Shown one piece after another: positions 1 to 7,591 of a stretch of 10,708 bases of DNA. Origin of the DNA: a bacterium (GTDB taxonomy: Bacteria; SZUA-182; DTGQ01; JAFGSM01); assembly GCA_049472355.1 (NCBI GenBank), contig JBLIRP010000109.1, positions 1-10,708 on the forward strand. The letters run 5' to 3'. The translations under genes and the position numbers were made by a program. A model generated the notes under the pieces. That model was given only the letters and a program-made list of their open reading frames with translations. It had not been told where the DNA came from and did no database searches. Numbering within the stretch: the first letter of the stretch is position 1; each line of letters begins with the position of its first letter.

Positions 1-2
1 AC

Positions 3-407
3 GCCCTCCGGGAGAAGGGGTTATACCAGAGGCCCCTCATGGTGGAGGTGGCAAAGCAGGGATCGATACAGGGGATGGAGGAGATCCCCAAGGAGATCAG
101 GCAGGTCTTCGTCACCACCTTCGATGTCGCCCAGGAGCAGCACCTCAGGATCCAGGCCGCCTTTCAGAAGCACACCGACAACTCGGTGGCAAAGACCATC
201 AACCTCCCCTACCAAGCCACCATCGAGGACGTGAAGGAGATCTATCTCATGGCCCATCAGATGGGGTGCAAGGGGATCACGGTCTACCGGTACGGGAGCA
301 AGAAGGGACAGGCACTGACCCTGGGCCCCGATATCTCCGTTGACCAGGACACCGACGCCCTGCTTGCCGATGCAAACGACTGCCTCTCCCGCTCCTGCCA
401 GTTCTAA
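3..407 (+). CDS. nrdJ: Ribonucleotide reductase large subunit, probably adenosylcobalamin-dependent class II; C-terminal fragment, 5' end outside the window
   Basis: The frame is open from base 3 (ALREKGLYQRPLMVEVAK...). It contains RNR C-terminal motifs QAAFQKHTDNSVAKTINLP and GCKGITVYRYGS and ends in a Cys pair (CLSRSCQF*). Class II is inferred from motif style, and no small-subunit gene follows. Confidence 0.88.
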   Translation, partial: ALREKGLYQRPLMVEVAKQGSIQGMEEIPKEIRQVFVTTFDVAQEQHLRIQAAFQKHTDNSVAKTINLPYQATIEDVKEIYLMAHQMGCKGITVYRYGSKKGQALTLGPDISVDQDTDALLADANDCLSRSCQF

Positions 408-438
408 TGCTTCCACCTATTGAGCAATTACACAATCC

Positions 439-1131
439 ATGATAGAGCTGCGTGACATCCACAAGACCTACCGGCGTATGGGCGAGGCGGTGCAGGCCCT
501 GAAGGGGATCAGCCTGCGGATCCGGCAGCGGGAGTTCCTGACCATCCTGGGGGCGAGCGGGAGCGGGAAGAGCACCCTCCTGAACATCATCGGTGGACTC
601 GACTTTCCCGACACAGGGGAGGTGATCGTGGAGGGGAAGCCCCTCTCGCATATGTCCGACACCGAGCTGACCCTGTTCCGCAGGAGAAGGGTGGGGTACA
701 TCTTCCAGTTCTTCAACCTGTTCCCCCACCTCACCGTCAGGGAAAACGTGGGCCTCCCCCTGCTCCTCGACGGCGAATCACCCCGCAAGATCCGGGGCAG
801 GATCGACGAGATCGTTGAAGCGGTCGGACTTACCGACCGGGCGTCGCATCTCCCCAAGGCCCTCTCCGGCGGGGAGATGCAGCGGGTGGCCATTGCACGC
901 GCCCTGATCACCAGGCCGGAGATCCTGCTTGCGGACGAGCCCACCGGCAACCTCGACTCCCAGCGGGGGAAGGCCATCCTTGCCATGATCAGGGAACTCG
1001 CCACCCGGTATGAGCGGACCGTGATCATGGTCACCCACGACCGGCACGCAGCCTCCATTGCGGACCGGATCGTGCACCTGCAGGACGGCATGATCGTGGA
1101 CGACATATCACGGCAGGCCGCATCCCCATGA
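439..1131 (+). CDS. ABC transporter ATP-binding protein, LolD/MacB (AttE-like) family
   Basis: Walker A GASGSGKST, Q-loop GYIFQFFNL, signature LSGGEMQRVAIARAL, Walker B/D-loop ILLADEPTGNLDS and H-loop VTHD; 230 aa. Confidence 0.95.
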   Translation: MIELRDIHKTYRRMGEAVQALKGISLRIRQREFLTILGASGSGKSTLLNIIGGLDFPDTGEVIVEGKPLSHMSDTELTLFRRRRVGYIFQFFNLFPHLTVRENVGLPLLLDGESPRKIRGRIDEIVEAVGLTDRASHLPKALSGGEMQRVAIARALITRPEILLADEPTGNLDSQRGKAILAMIRELATRYERTVIMVTHDRHAASIADRIVHLQDGMIVDDISRQAASP

Positions 1132-3698
1132 CATTGAACCTCTTCCGATTCTTTACCCTCCCCCACCTCATGCGCGAGAAGGGGAGAAACCTCCTTACCC
1201 TGGCCGGCATATGCCTTGGGGTGGCGGTGTTCGTGGCCATCGAGATCGCCAACCAGAGCACCCTGGCCTCGTTCAGGACCTCCCTGGATGCGGTGGCGGG
1301 CACGGCCACCATACAGATCGACGGAGGCGCCCTGGGCGTCCCTGAGGAGACCATCGTGAAGGTGATACAGGTGCCCGGGGTGACCCATGCGGCGCCGGTG
1401 GTGGAGGCATATCCCCTGGTGAGCGGCAGGGAGGGGGAGATCCTGCTGGTCCAGGGGATCGATCCCCTGCGGGAGGAGGGGGTACGGGACTATATCATGG
1501 AAGGGGAGGAGGACTGGGATTTCTCACAATGGGAGGATCTCATCCAGGCGGACGCCATCGCACTGACCACCTCCTTTGCCGCACGGTACGGGCTGAGGCA
1601 GGGGGACACCATTACCCTGAACTACAACCAGGTGACACGGCAAAAGACCATCAGGGCGCTCATCGAGGAGAAGGGCCCCGCCCTCGCCCTGGGGGGGAAC
1701 TTCGCCCTCATGGACATCGCCTCCGCGCAGGAGACCTTCGACAAGGTGGGCACTCTCGACCGGATCGACGTCGTGTCCGCCCCCAATGTCCCCGTGGACG
1801 AGGTGATCGGCCGGATCGAGGCGGTCATTCCCCCCGGGCTCCAGGTGAAACGCCCGAGGATGCGCAACAGCCAGATCGAGAAGATCCTCTCCTCCTTCCA
1901 GATCAACCTGCGCATCCTCAGCTACATCGCCATCCTGGTGGGCATGTTCCTCATCTTCAACACCCTCAACGTATCGGTCGCCCGACGAAGGCAGGAGATG
2001 GCCATCATACGCTCCCTGGGGGGATCGCGTGCGCAGATATACGGCACCATCCTCCAGGAGGCGACCATCCTCGGCCTGGTGGGCTCGTGCCTGGGGGTGG
2101 GGCTCGGATTCGCCCTGGCCCGCAGCGCCATCTCCCTGGTCTCCAGGACGGTGACCTCCCTGTACATCCTCTCCGCGGTAAAGGAGGTGGCACTCACCCG
2201 GGGGATCGCGGCCATGGGGATACTGATCGGGCTCCTGTGCACCCTGGCATCATCCATTATCCCGGCGCGGCGGGCAAGCGCCATTCGCCCCCACCTGGCC
2301 CTGGGCATGGATGCGGCCGTCGATGAACGGCAGGGCGCCCTCCCCTGCTGCAACCTGGCCATCCTGGCGGGGATCTTCTTCCTTGCCGCCGTTGCCCTCT
2401 CCCGCCTGGGCATGGCACAATCATCCCCGGTCCCGGGATATCTTGCGGCACTCCTGGTCATATGCGGGTTCACCAGCCTCACCCCGGGGTTCACCAAGGT
2501 CGTGGTTACGGTGCTCACCCCGTGTATGGGAAAGGCATTTTCCCTGCCGGGAAGGTTCGCCTCCGTGAACCTCCTGCGGGCGCTCGGCCGCGCCTCCGTT
2601 GCCATCGCCGCGCTCATGGCGAGCCTCGCCATGCTCATCAGCATCGCGGTGATGGTGGAGAGCTTCAGGGAAACCGTGCACCTGTGGACGGTGCAGACCC
2701 TGAGGGCGGACCTCTACCTGACCACCGCCATCCGGTTCGCCCGGGGCACCGAGGACCGGCTGCGGGGCGAGGTCAGGGACATCGTGCAGGGGATGGATGG
2801 GGTGGCGATGACCGATCCCTACCGTTTCGTGTACATCAACTATAAGGACAGCACAATCGGCCTTGCATCGAACGATTTCAACGGCTTCCTGAAAAGGGGA
2901 AACATCTGGTTCAAGGAGGGCGATTCCAAAAAAATCCTCACGGAGACGCTGGAGGCCGACGGCGTGCTCATATCCGAAAACCTGGAGATCCGTTACGGGC
3001 TCAAGGCAGGGGACCGGATCATCCTCAACACCCCCACCGGCGAGCGCTCCTTCCTCATCCACGGCATCTACTATGACTACTCAAACGACCTCGGGGTGGT
3101 GCTCATGGACAGGGAACTCTTCAAAAGGGTCAATAGGGAGGATTACATCAGCACCCTGGGGATTTTCCTGGAACCCGGCGCCGACCGGGAGGCGGTCGCA
3201 GCAGCCATCAGGAAGCGGCTGGGTGCAAGTGAGTACATCGTGGTGATGAGCGGCCAGGAGCTCAGGGACGCGGCCATGGTCACCTTCAGGCAGACCTTCC
3301 GCATCTTCTTCGCCCTGGAGATCATCGCCATGATCGTCGCCCTCCTGGGGATCACCAACTCACTGCTGATCTCCATCATGAACAGGCGAAGGGAGATCGC
3401 CGTGCTGCGCTCCATCGGTGCGCTCAAGGGGCAGGTACGCAGGATGATCGTGCTCGAGGCCGGGCTCATGGGGCTCATCGGCAATCTCCTCGGCATCCTC
3501 GCCGGGATCGCCATCTCCCTGATCATGGTGTTCGTGATCACCCGGCAGTCCTTCGGATGGAGCATCCGATACCGGTTCCAGGTGCCCATCCTGCTTTTCT
3601 CCATCATCCCGGTGCTCATCACCTCCATCCTTGCCGGGTATTTCCCCGCCCACCAGGCATCGGGCCTTCCCCTGTCGGAGGCGCTGCGGTATGAGTAG
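1128..3698 (+). CDS. ABC transporter permease with duplicated MacB periplasmic/FtsX domains (AttF/G-like)
   Basis: 856 aa, ATGA overlap with the ATPase. Two FtsX-type repeats (RRRQEMAIIRSLGGSR and NRRREIAVLRSIGA), many hydrophobic segments, C-terminal EALRYE. Confidence 0.92.
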   Translation: MTLNLFRFFTLPHLMREKGRNLLTLAGICLGVAVFVAIEIANQSTLASFRTSLDAVAGTATIQIDGGALGVPEETIVKVIQVPGVTHAAPVVEAYPLVSGREGEILLVQGIDPLREEGVRDYIMEGEEDWDFSQWEDLIQADAIALTTSFAARYGLRQGDTITLNYNQVTRQKTIRALIEEKGPALALGGNFALMDIASAQETFDKVGTLDRIDVVSAPNVPVDEVIGRIEAVIPPGLQVKRPRMRNSQIEKILSSFQINLRILSYIAILVGMFLIFNTLNVSVARRRQEMAIIRSLGGSRAQIYGTILQEATILGLVGSCLGVGLGFALARSAISLVSRTVTSLYILSAVKEVALTRGIAAMGILIGLLCTLASSIIPARRASAIRPHLALGMDAAVDERQGALPCCNLAILAGIFFLAAVALSRLGMAQSSPVPGYLAALLVICGFTSLTPGFTKVVVTVLTPCMGKAFSLPGRFASVNLLRALGRASVAIAALMASLAMLISIAVMVESFRETVHLWTVQTLRADLYLTTAIRFARGTEDRLRGEVRDIVQGMDGVAMTDPYRFVYINYKDSTIGLASNDFNGFLKRGNIWFKEGDSKKILTETLEADGVLISENLEIRYGLKAGDRIILNTPTGERSFLIHGIYYDYSNDLGVVLMDRELFKRVNREDYISTLGIFLEPGADREAVAAAIRKRLGASEYIVVMSGQELRDAAMVTFRQTFRIFFALEIIAMIVALLGITNSLLISIMNRRREIAVLRSIGALKGQVRRMIVLEAGLMGLIGNLLGILAGIAISLIMVFVITRQSFGWSIRYRFQVPILLFSIIPVLITSILAGYFPAHQASGLPLSEALRYE

Positions 3699-4788
3699 GC
3701 GTGTCGTGCTGTGCATCCTGCTGTGTATCCTGGCCATACCATTCATAATGACGCCTTCGGGCGTGAGCCCCGAACCATTCTTCAGGCAGGTCCTCCCCGG
3801 ATACGAGTACGCATTCCCCAGGGACCACTTCTCCCATCCCGCATTCCAGACCGAGTGGTGGTACTACACCGGCCACCTGGGCACCGGGGAGGGAAAGACT
3901 TATGGGTACGAGCTCACCTTCTTCAGGACCGGGATCGAGTCCCAGAGAAAACGGGAATCCCCCTCCGCATGGGTGATGAGGGACGTGTACTTCGCCCACC
4001 TCGCCCTGTCCGACGAGAACAACAGGGAGTTCCACTATTGGGAGAGGCTCAACCGGAAGGGTCCGGGGCTTGCCGGGGCCGAGGAGGGACAACTCCTGGT
4101 GTGGAACGAGAAATGGCGCATCGAGGGTAAGGATGGCGCACACCACCTCGTTGCCGAGGATGCCGGATTCGGCATCGACCTCCTGCTCACCCCGCAGAAG
4201 CCGCCGGTGATCCACGGCGAAGAGGGGATAAGCAAAAAGTCGCTTGAACCGGGCCATGCATCCCACTACTATTCGCTCACCCGAATAAGGACGGAAGGGA
4301 GCATCACGGTATCGGGAACGCGGCATGCCGTCACCGGGCAGAGCTGGATGGACCACGAGTTCTTCAGCCACACCCTCGCCGAGGATCAGGAGGGATGGGA
4401 CTGGTTCAGCATCCAGCTCGACAACGACCGGGAGATCATGCTCTACCAGCTCCGGCTCACAGGCGGAGCGATCGATCCGGTATCGAGCGGCACGATCATC
4501 GGGCCGGAGGGGGAGGCCCGGCACCTCACCTTTTCCGAATTCTCCATCACCCCGCTTGCTTCCTGGAAAAGCGCCCGAAGCGGTGCGGAGTATCCCTCGG
4601 AGTGGGAGGTGAGCATCCCCGGCCAGGGGATACGCCTGCGGGTGCGGCCCACCTTCCCCGACCAGGAGCTCCAAACCAGGCAGACCACCTACTGGGAGGG
4701 AAGCTGCACCGTATCCGGCACCTTCCAGGGCGAAAAGGTGAGCGGTGTGGGGTACGCCGAGCTCACCGGGTATGCAGCGTCCTTGTGA
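3691..4788 (+). CDS. AttH-like / carotenoid 1,2-hydratase-like lipocalin-domain protein, probably secreted or membrane-anchored
   Basis: ATG at 3691 overlaps the permease stop (8 nt). N-terminal hydrophobic stretch (RRVVLCILLCILAIPF). Motifs FPRDHFSHP, TEWWYYTGHL, SHYYS, WMDHEF, GWDWF, YWEG and GYAELTGY are typical of this family. Confidence 0.88.
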   Translation: MSRRVVLCILLCILAIPFIMTPSGVSPEPFFRQVLPGYEYAFPRDHFSHPAFQTEWWYYTGHLGTGEGKTYGYELTFFRTGIESQRKRESPSAWVMRDVYFAHLALSDENNREFHYWERLNRKGPGLAGAEEGQLLVWNEKWRIEGKDGAHHLVAEDAGFGIDLLLTPQKPPVIHGEEGISKKSLEPGHASHYYSLTRIRTEGSITVSGTRHAVTGQSWMDHEFFSHTLAEDQEGWDWFSIQLDNDREIMLYQLRLTGGAIDPVSSGTIIGPEGEARHLTFSEFSITPLASWKSARSGAEYPSEWEVSIPGQGIRLRVRPTFPDQELQTRQTTYWEGSCTVSGTFQGEKVSGVGYAELTGYAASL

Positions 4789-5389
4789 GCACGGCAACGT
4801 CCTCCTGGTGGCCCTCACCCCTTGCAACACACTCCATACCAAGGGCCTCCAGCTCCCTCACCGCATCATCGACGGAATGGGGAAAGCGGGCGTGCTCCCG
4901 CTCCTGAAGGCCGTGCACCCGATTGATGATCCCGAATCCCTCCGGGGTGAAGTCGGCGAGGATATATTTTCCTCCGCTGCGCAGCACCCGAACGGCCTCT
5001 GCCAGAATGGGGCGGGGTTCGGGCAGGTGGTGGAGGGCGTTCACCATGAAGACCGTGCTGCACGCTCCATCCGGGAAGGGGAGCATTGCTGCGTCCCCGT
5101 ACACCAGGTGCACCCTGTGCTCCATGCCGAATGCATGCAGGTTGATCCGGGCAAAGCTGAGGTCCTCGGCCGAGAGATCCAGGCCGATGACGAACGGCGC
5201 CCGGCGGGCCAGGGCCAGGGAGGTCACCCCCTTGCCGCACCCTATTTCCAGAACGGGCGTCTCGAAGGGGGAGGCCTGGCTGCAGATGAAGCGCATTGCC
5301 TCTTCGCGGTCGTGGCCGCAGGACCGATACACGGCGAGCCGCTCCCGGTACCGGCTGCGATAGCGGGCTGCCTCCTCGCGGTCCATCAT
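4763..5389 (-). CDS. Class I SAM-dependent methyltransferase
   Basis: Motif I VLEIGCGKG, GLDLS, GDAAMLPFPDG, NALHHL and VRVLRSGG. Start is ATG 5389 or 5386, behind AGGGAG. The ORF-track start at 5461 overlaps the upstream gene. Confidence 0.88.
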   Translation of the reverse strand: MMDREEAARYRSRYRERLAVYRSCGHDREEAMRFICSQASPFETPVLEIGCGKGVTSLALARRAPFVIGLDLSAEDLSFARINLHAFGMEHRVHLVYGDAAMLPFPDGACSTVFMVNALHHLPEPRPILAEAVRVLRSGGKYILADFTPEGFGIINRVHGLQEREHARFPHSVDDAVRELEALGMECVARGEGHQEDVAVLTRTLHTR

Positions 5390-5417
5390 GCTCCCTGAGT
5401 CGCTGTCCGGTAGTTTC

Positions 5418-6707
5418 TCAATGATCGCAGATATTCTCGCCGGTCTTGAGGGTGCCGGCAAGGTGCATCGCCACCAACGCCTCCGGTCCCTCGCAGGGAG
5501 CGCCGGTGATTACCTTGATGCCGCTCTGGGTGAAGAGATTCTGCGCGCGGCTTCCCATGCCACCGGCAATCACCAGGTGCACCCCACGCTCCTTCAGCCA
5601 CTTCGGAAGCAGGCCCGGCTCATGCTCCGGGGCCTCCACGGTCTCCTGCTTCAGGATGCGCCTGTTGGCGGGATCCACATCGATGAGGGCGAAGCGCTCG
5701 CAGTGCCCGAAGTGCATGGCAAGCTTTCCTTCGGCCACCGGTATGGCGATCCGCAGGGTCCCGGCGTTTGCTTCCTTCTCCACGTGCCCCACTTCATCGC
5801 TCGCGGGTGCCTGGGGTTCCTGCATCTCCATGATGGGACGAATGACCCGGTTTAACGCCTTTGCGGTCTCCGTGCGCGGGAAGTGAAAGAGGTAGGGCTT
5901 CCCTTCATCCGATGCCTCCACCACCTGGGGATCCAGGGGCACACTGCCCAGGAAATGCACCCCCATCTCGTGGGCCATCTGCTCGCCGCCACCGGTTTTG
6001 AAGATCGCTGAGGCGGTGCCGCAGTGAGGGCAGACGAACCCGCTCATGTTTTCCACCACCCCGACGATGGGCACATTGAGCGACCGGCAGAAATTCACCG
6101 ACTTCCGAACGTCCGCAAGGGCCACCTCCTGCGGTGTGGTCACGATCACCGCATGCACGCCGCCCCCCTCCTCGAGAAGGAGCTGGGCCACGCTGAGGGG
6201 CTCGTCCCCGGTGCCCGGCGGTGAATCCACCACCAGGAAGTCAAGTTCACCCCATATCACGTCCTGCAGGAATTGCCTGATGACCCCGAACTTCAACGGC
6301 CCCCGCCAGATGACCGGCTCGTTCTGCCCCTGGAGAAGAAGGCCCAGGGACATGACCTTGAGGTTCTCCCCGAAACCGATGGGGATAATCCCGGCATCCG
6401 TTGCCTCGATCTTTTTGCCTCCCAGGTTGAGGAGTTTCGGAACGCTCGGCCCGTGCACATCGACATCCAGGAGCCCGGACTTCTTGCCGGCCAGTGCCAG
6501 TGCCACCGCCATGTTCACGGCGATGGTGCTCTTGCCCACGCCGCCCTTCCCGGAGAGGACCAAAATCTTGTGCTTCACCCGGGCCATGCGCTCCCGCAGG
6601 TCCTCCCCTGCGGGAAACGTGCGCTCCTTCTTCTGCGAATCCCCGGAGGCGCCGCAGGTGCCGGACCCGCATCCGGGTCCCCCGTGATTATGATTGCCGT
6701 TAGTCAT
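5418..6707 (-). CDS. mrp: Mrp/NBP35/ApbC Fe-S cluster carrier ATPase fused to a C-terminal NifB/NifX-like (dinitrogenase FeMo-cofactor biosynthesis) domain
   Basis: Deviant Walker A SGKGGVGKS, DVDVHGPS, VIWRGP, DSPPGTGDE and ENMSGFVCPHC. The C-terminal domain RIAIPV...HFGHCERF...VIAGGMG...NICDH is NifB/NifX-like. GGAGG RBS upstream of the ATG. Confidence 0.93.
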   Translation of the reverse strand: MTNGNHNHGGPGCGSGTCGASGDSQKKERTFPAGEDLRERMARVKHKILVLSGKGGVGKSTIAVNMAVALALAGKKSGLLDVDVHGPSVPKLLNLGGKKIEATDAGIIPIGFGENLKVMSLGLLLQGQNEPVIWRGPLKFGVIRQFLQDVIWGELDFLVVDSPPGTGDEPLSVAQLLLEEGGGVHAVIVTTPQEVALADVRKSVNFCRSLNVPIVGVVENMSGFVCPHCGTASAIFKTGGGEQMAHEMGVHFLGSVPLDPQVVEASDEGKPYLFHFPRTETAKALNRVIRPIMEMQEPQAPASDEVGHVEKEANAGTLRIAIPVAEGKLAMHFGHCERFALIDVDPANRRILKQETVEAPEHEPGLLPKWLKERGVHLVIAGGMGSRAQNLFTQSGIKVITGAPCEGPEALVAMHLAGTLKTGENICDH

Positions 6708-6744
6708 ACCTATACCTCCAAATCTCGAACAGTATGTTCATGCG

Positions 6745-6773
6745 TATATGATCGTTTTTTTACTTTTTGTCAA
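6745..6773 (-). promoter_or_regulatory. Possible sigma70 promoter for the mrp-methyltransferase unit
   Basis: Minus-strand TTGACA (6768-6773), 17-nt A-rich spacer, then only a weak -10 (CATATA). Confidence 0.4.
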
Positions 6774-6875
6774 TGCGTGGCGTGCTGTGATGCGTCCGTT
6801 GGTGAGGAGGTTCGGCACCTGTCTGACAGGTACGGGTGATTCGCAATTCACCGTGTATACGACACGACATGGCTC

Positions 6876-7018
6876 AAAAAGCAGTCCGCCAGCCACATAT
6901 CCCTGTGCCACCATAAAGGGCTCTGTCATGCAGGTGCCTGCATCCAGACATCATATGGGCCAGGCCCGGCTGTTGAGCAGGCCTGGTGAATGTGGAACAG
7001 ATATGATAACTGGCGGAC
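6876..7018 (-). ncRNA. Candidate structured RNA (~135-nt multibranch fold followed by a U-tract)
   Basis: GUCCGCCAGUUA pairs with UGGCUGGCGGAC, continued by CAUAUC/GAUAUG and CCAC/GUGG. Two internal hairpins (6960-6986, 6924-6950). G-U pairs form only in the minus orientation. UGCUUUUU follows. Confidence 0.4.
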
Positions 7019-7028
7019 CCTCAGTGAC

Positions 7029-7059
7029 GATCAAAGGGGCGATCGCCTATCCTTTGATC
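7029..7059. terminator. Inverted repeat downstream of the ferredoxin gene; possible terminator or processing stem
   Basis: GATCAAAGG...CCTTTGATC perfect 9-bp arms enclosing the palindrome GGCGATCGCC. There is no clear U-tract. Confidence 0.35.
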
Positions 7060-7061
7060 AT

Positions 7062-7081
7062 GTGCTCGATTATCATTATCC
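7062..7081. promoter_or_regulatory. Fur-box-like site
   Basis: GATTATCATTATC (7068-7080) gives 13 consecutive matches to the classical 19-bp Fur box, and 14/19 over 7062-7080. Confidence 0.4.
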
Positions 7082-7108
7082 TCCTTGGTATCAATTTTCC
7101 GTTGACGA

Positions 7109-7279
7109 TCAATCAACCGTTATGGCTTCGGAGGGGCACTCATCCACGCATGAGCCGCAATCGACGCATTTTTCCTCATCCACGACGGCGACCTCATCAA
7201 CGGTGATTGCCTCGGTGGGGCATACGTCAACGCAAGAACCACAGGCGGTGCATTTTTCCTTGTCCACTTTTGCTGCCAT
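7109..7279 (-). CDS. fdx: Clostridial-type 2[4Fe-4S] ferredoxin, 56 aa (absent from the ORF track)
   Basis: Manual translation: MAAKVDKEKCTACGSCVDVCPTEAITVDEVAVVDEEKCVDCGSCVDECPSEAITVD*. Two CxxCxxCxxxCP motifs; purine-rich GAGAGGAATAAGGA upstream of the ATG. Confidence 0.97.
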   Translation of the reverse strand: MAAKVDKEKCTACGSCVDVCPTEAITVDEVAVVDEEKCVDCGSCVDECPSEAITVD

Positions 7280-7347
7280 TCCTTATTCCTCTCTCGATAG
7301 TTGGATTAAACGACCAAAAAACAACGTGCGGCGTTGTAACGACATAG

Positions 7348-7443
7348 TCATCTTACGTGCATATCACGGTTACCGCACGTGCGTCGTGCGACAGCCATGA
7401 TCTCTGAACACAGCGCCCCGGCAGCGCAACCCGGGGGGACCAT
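7348..7443 (-). CDS. Putative 31-aa leader/small peptide upstream of the ferredoxin
   Basis: AAAGGAGGTGA, a perfect anti-SD complement, with AGGAGG 6 nt before the ATG. Translation MVPPGCAAGALCSEIMAVARRTCGNRDMHVR*; no recognisable family. Confidence 0.35.
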   Translation of the reverse strand: MVPPGCAAGALCSEIMAVARRTCGNRDMHVR

Positions 7444-7506
7444 TGCTCACCTCCTTTCTTCCTTCCGTTTACCGTGGGAATAATCCCGCTGTATATTCCA
7501 GCATTA

Positions 7507-7536
7507 AATATAATCATTAGAATAAACAATAGTCAA
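7507..7536 (-). promoter_or_regulatory. Sigma70-like promoter for the leader/ferredoxin transcript, overlapped by a PerR/Fur-like box
   Basis: TTGACT (7531-7536), 18 nt, TATATT (7507-7512). Minus-strand TTCTAATGATTATAT (7508-7522) matches 12/14 specified positions of the Bacillus PerR box TTATAATnATTATAA. Confidence 0.55.
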
Positions 7537-7591
7537 GAAGGAATCGAAATTTTTTTTATACAGCAGACGGGAACGCGCCGGCACTATGCAA

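Noticed and set aside
4763..4788. 26-nt convergent overlap between the AttH-like gene and the methyltransferase
   Set aside because: Short tail-to-tail overlaps are common and both proteins appear complete.
468..6839. Many long alternative-frame ORFs (e.g. 468-1388 -, 1529-2326 +, 3619-4842 -, 4745-5398 +, 6046-6687 +)
   Set aside because: They are shadow ORFs of high-GC genes that have clear family motifs, and carry no recognisable domains themselves.
7047..7086. AAGGAGG followed by a 9-codon minus-strand ORF (MIIEHMIKG-TAG), possible stop read-through
   Set aside because: The SD-to-ATG spacing is only 3 nt, and read-through yields no recognisable protein and meets another stop. The site is better explained as the Fur-like box.
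7306..7350. Selenocysteine read-through of the leader ORF TGA
   Set aside because: No convincing SECIS hairpin and no selenoprotein-like motif.
6694..7400. ORFs 6694-7206 +, 6990-7400 + and 6738-6929 -
   Set aside because: No motifs. The two + strand ORFs overlap the real ferredoxin in antisense, and the - strand ORF runs over the likely mrp promoter.
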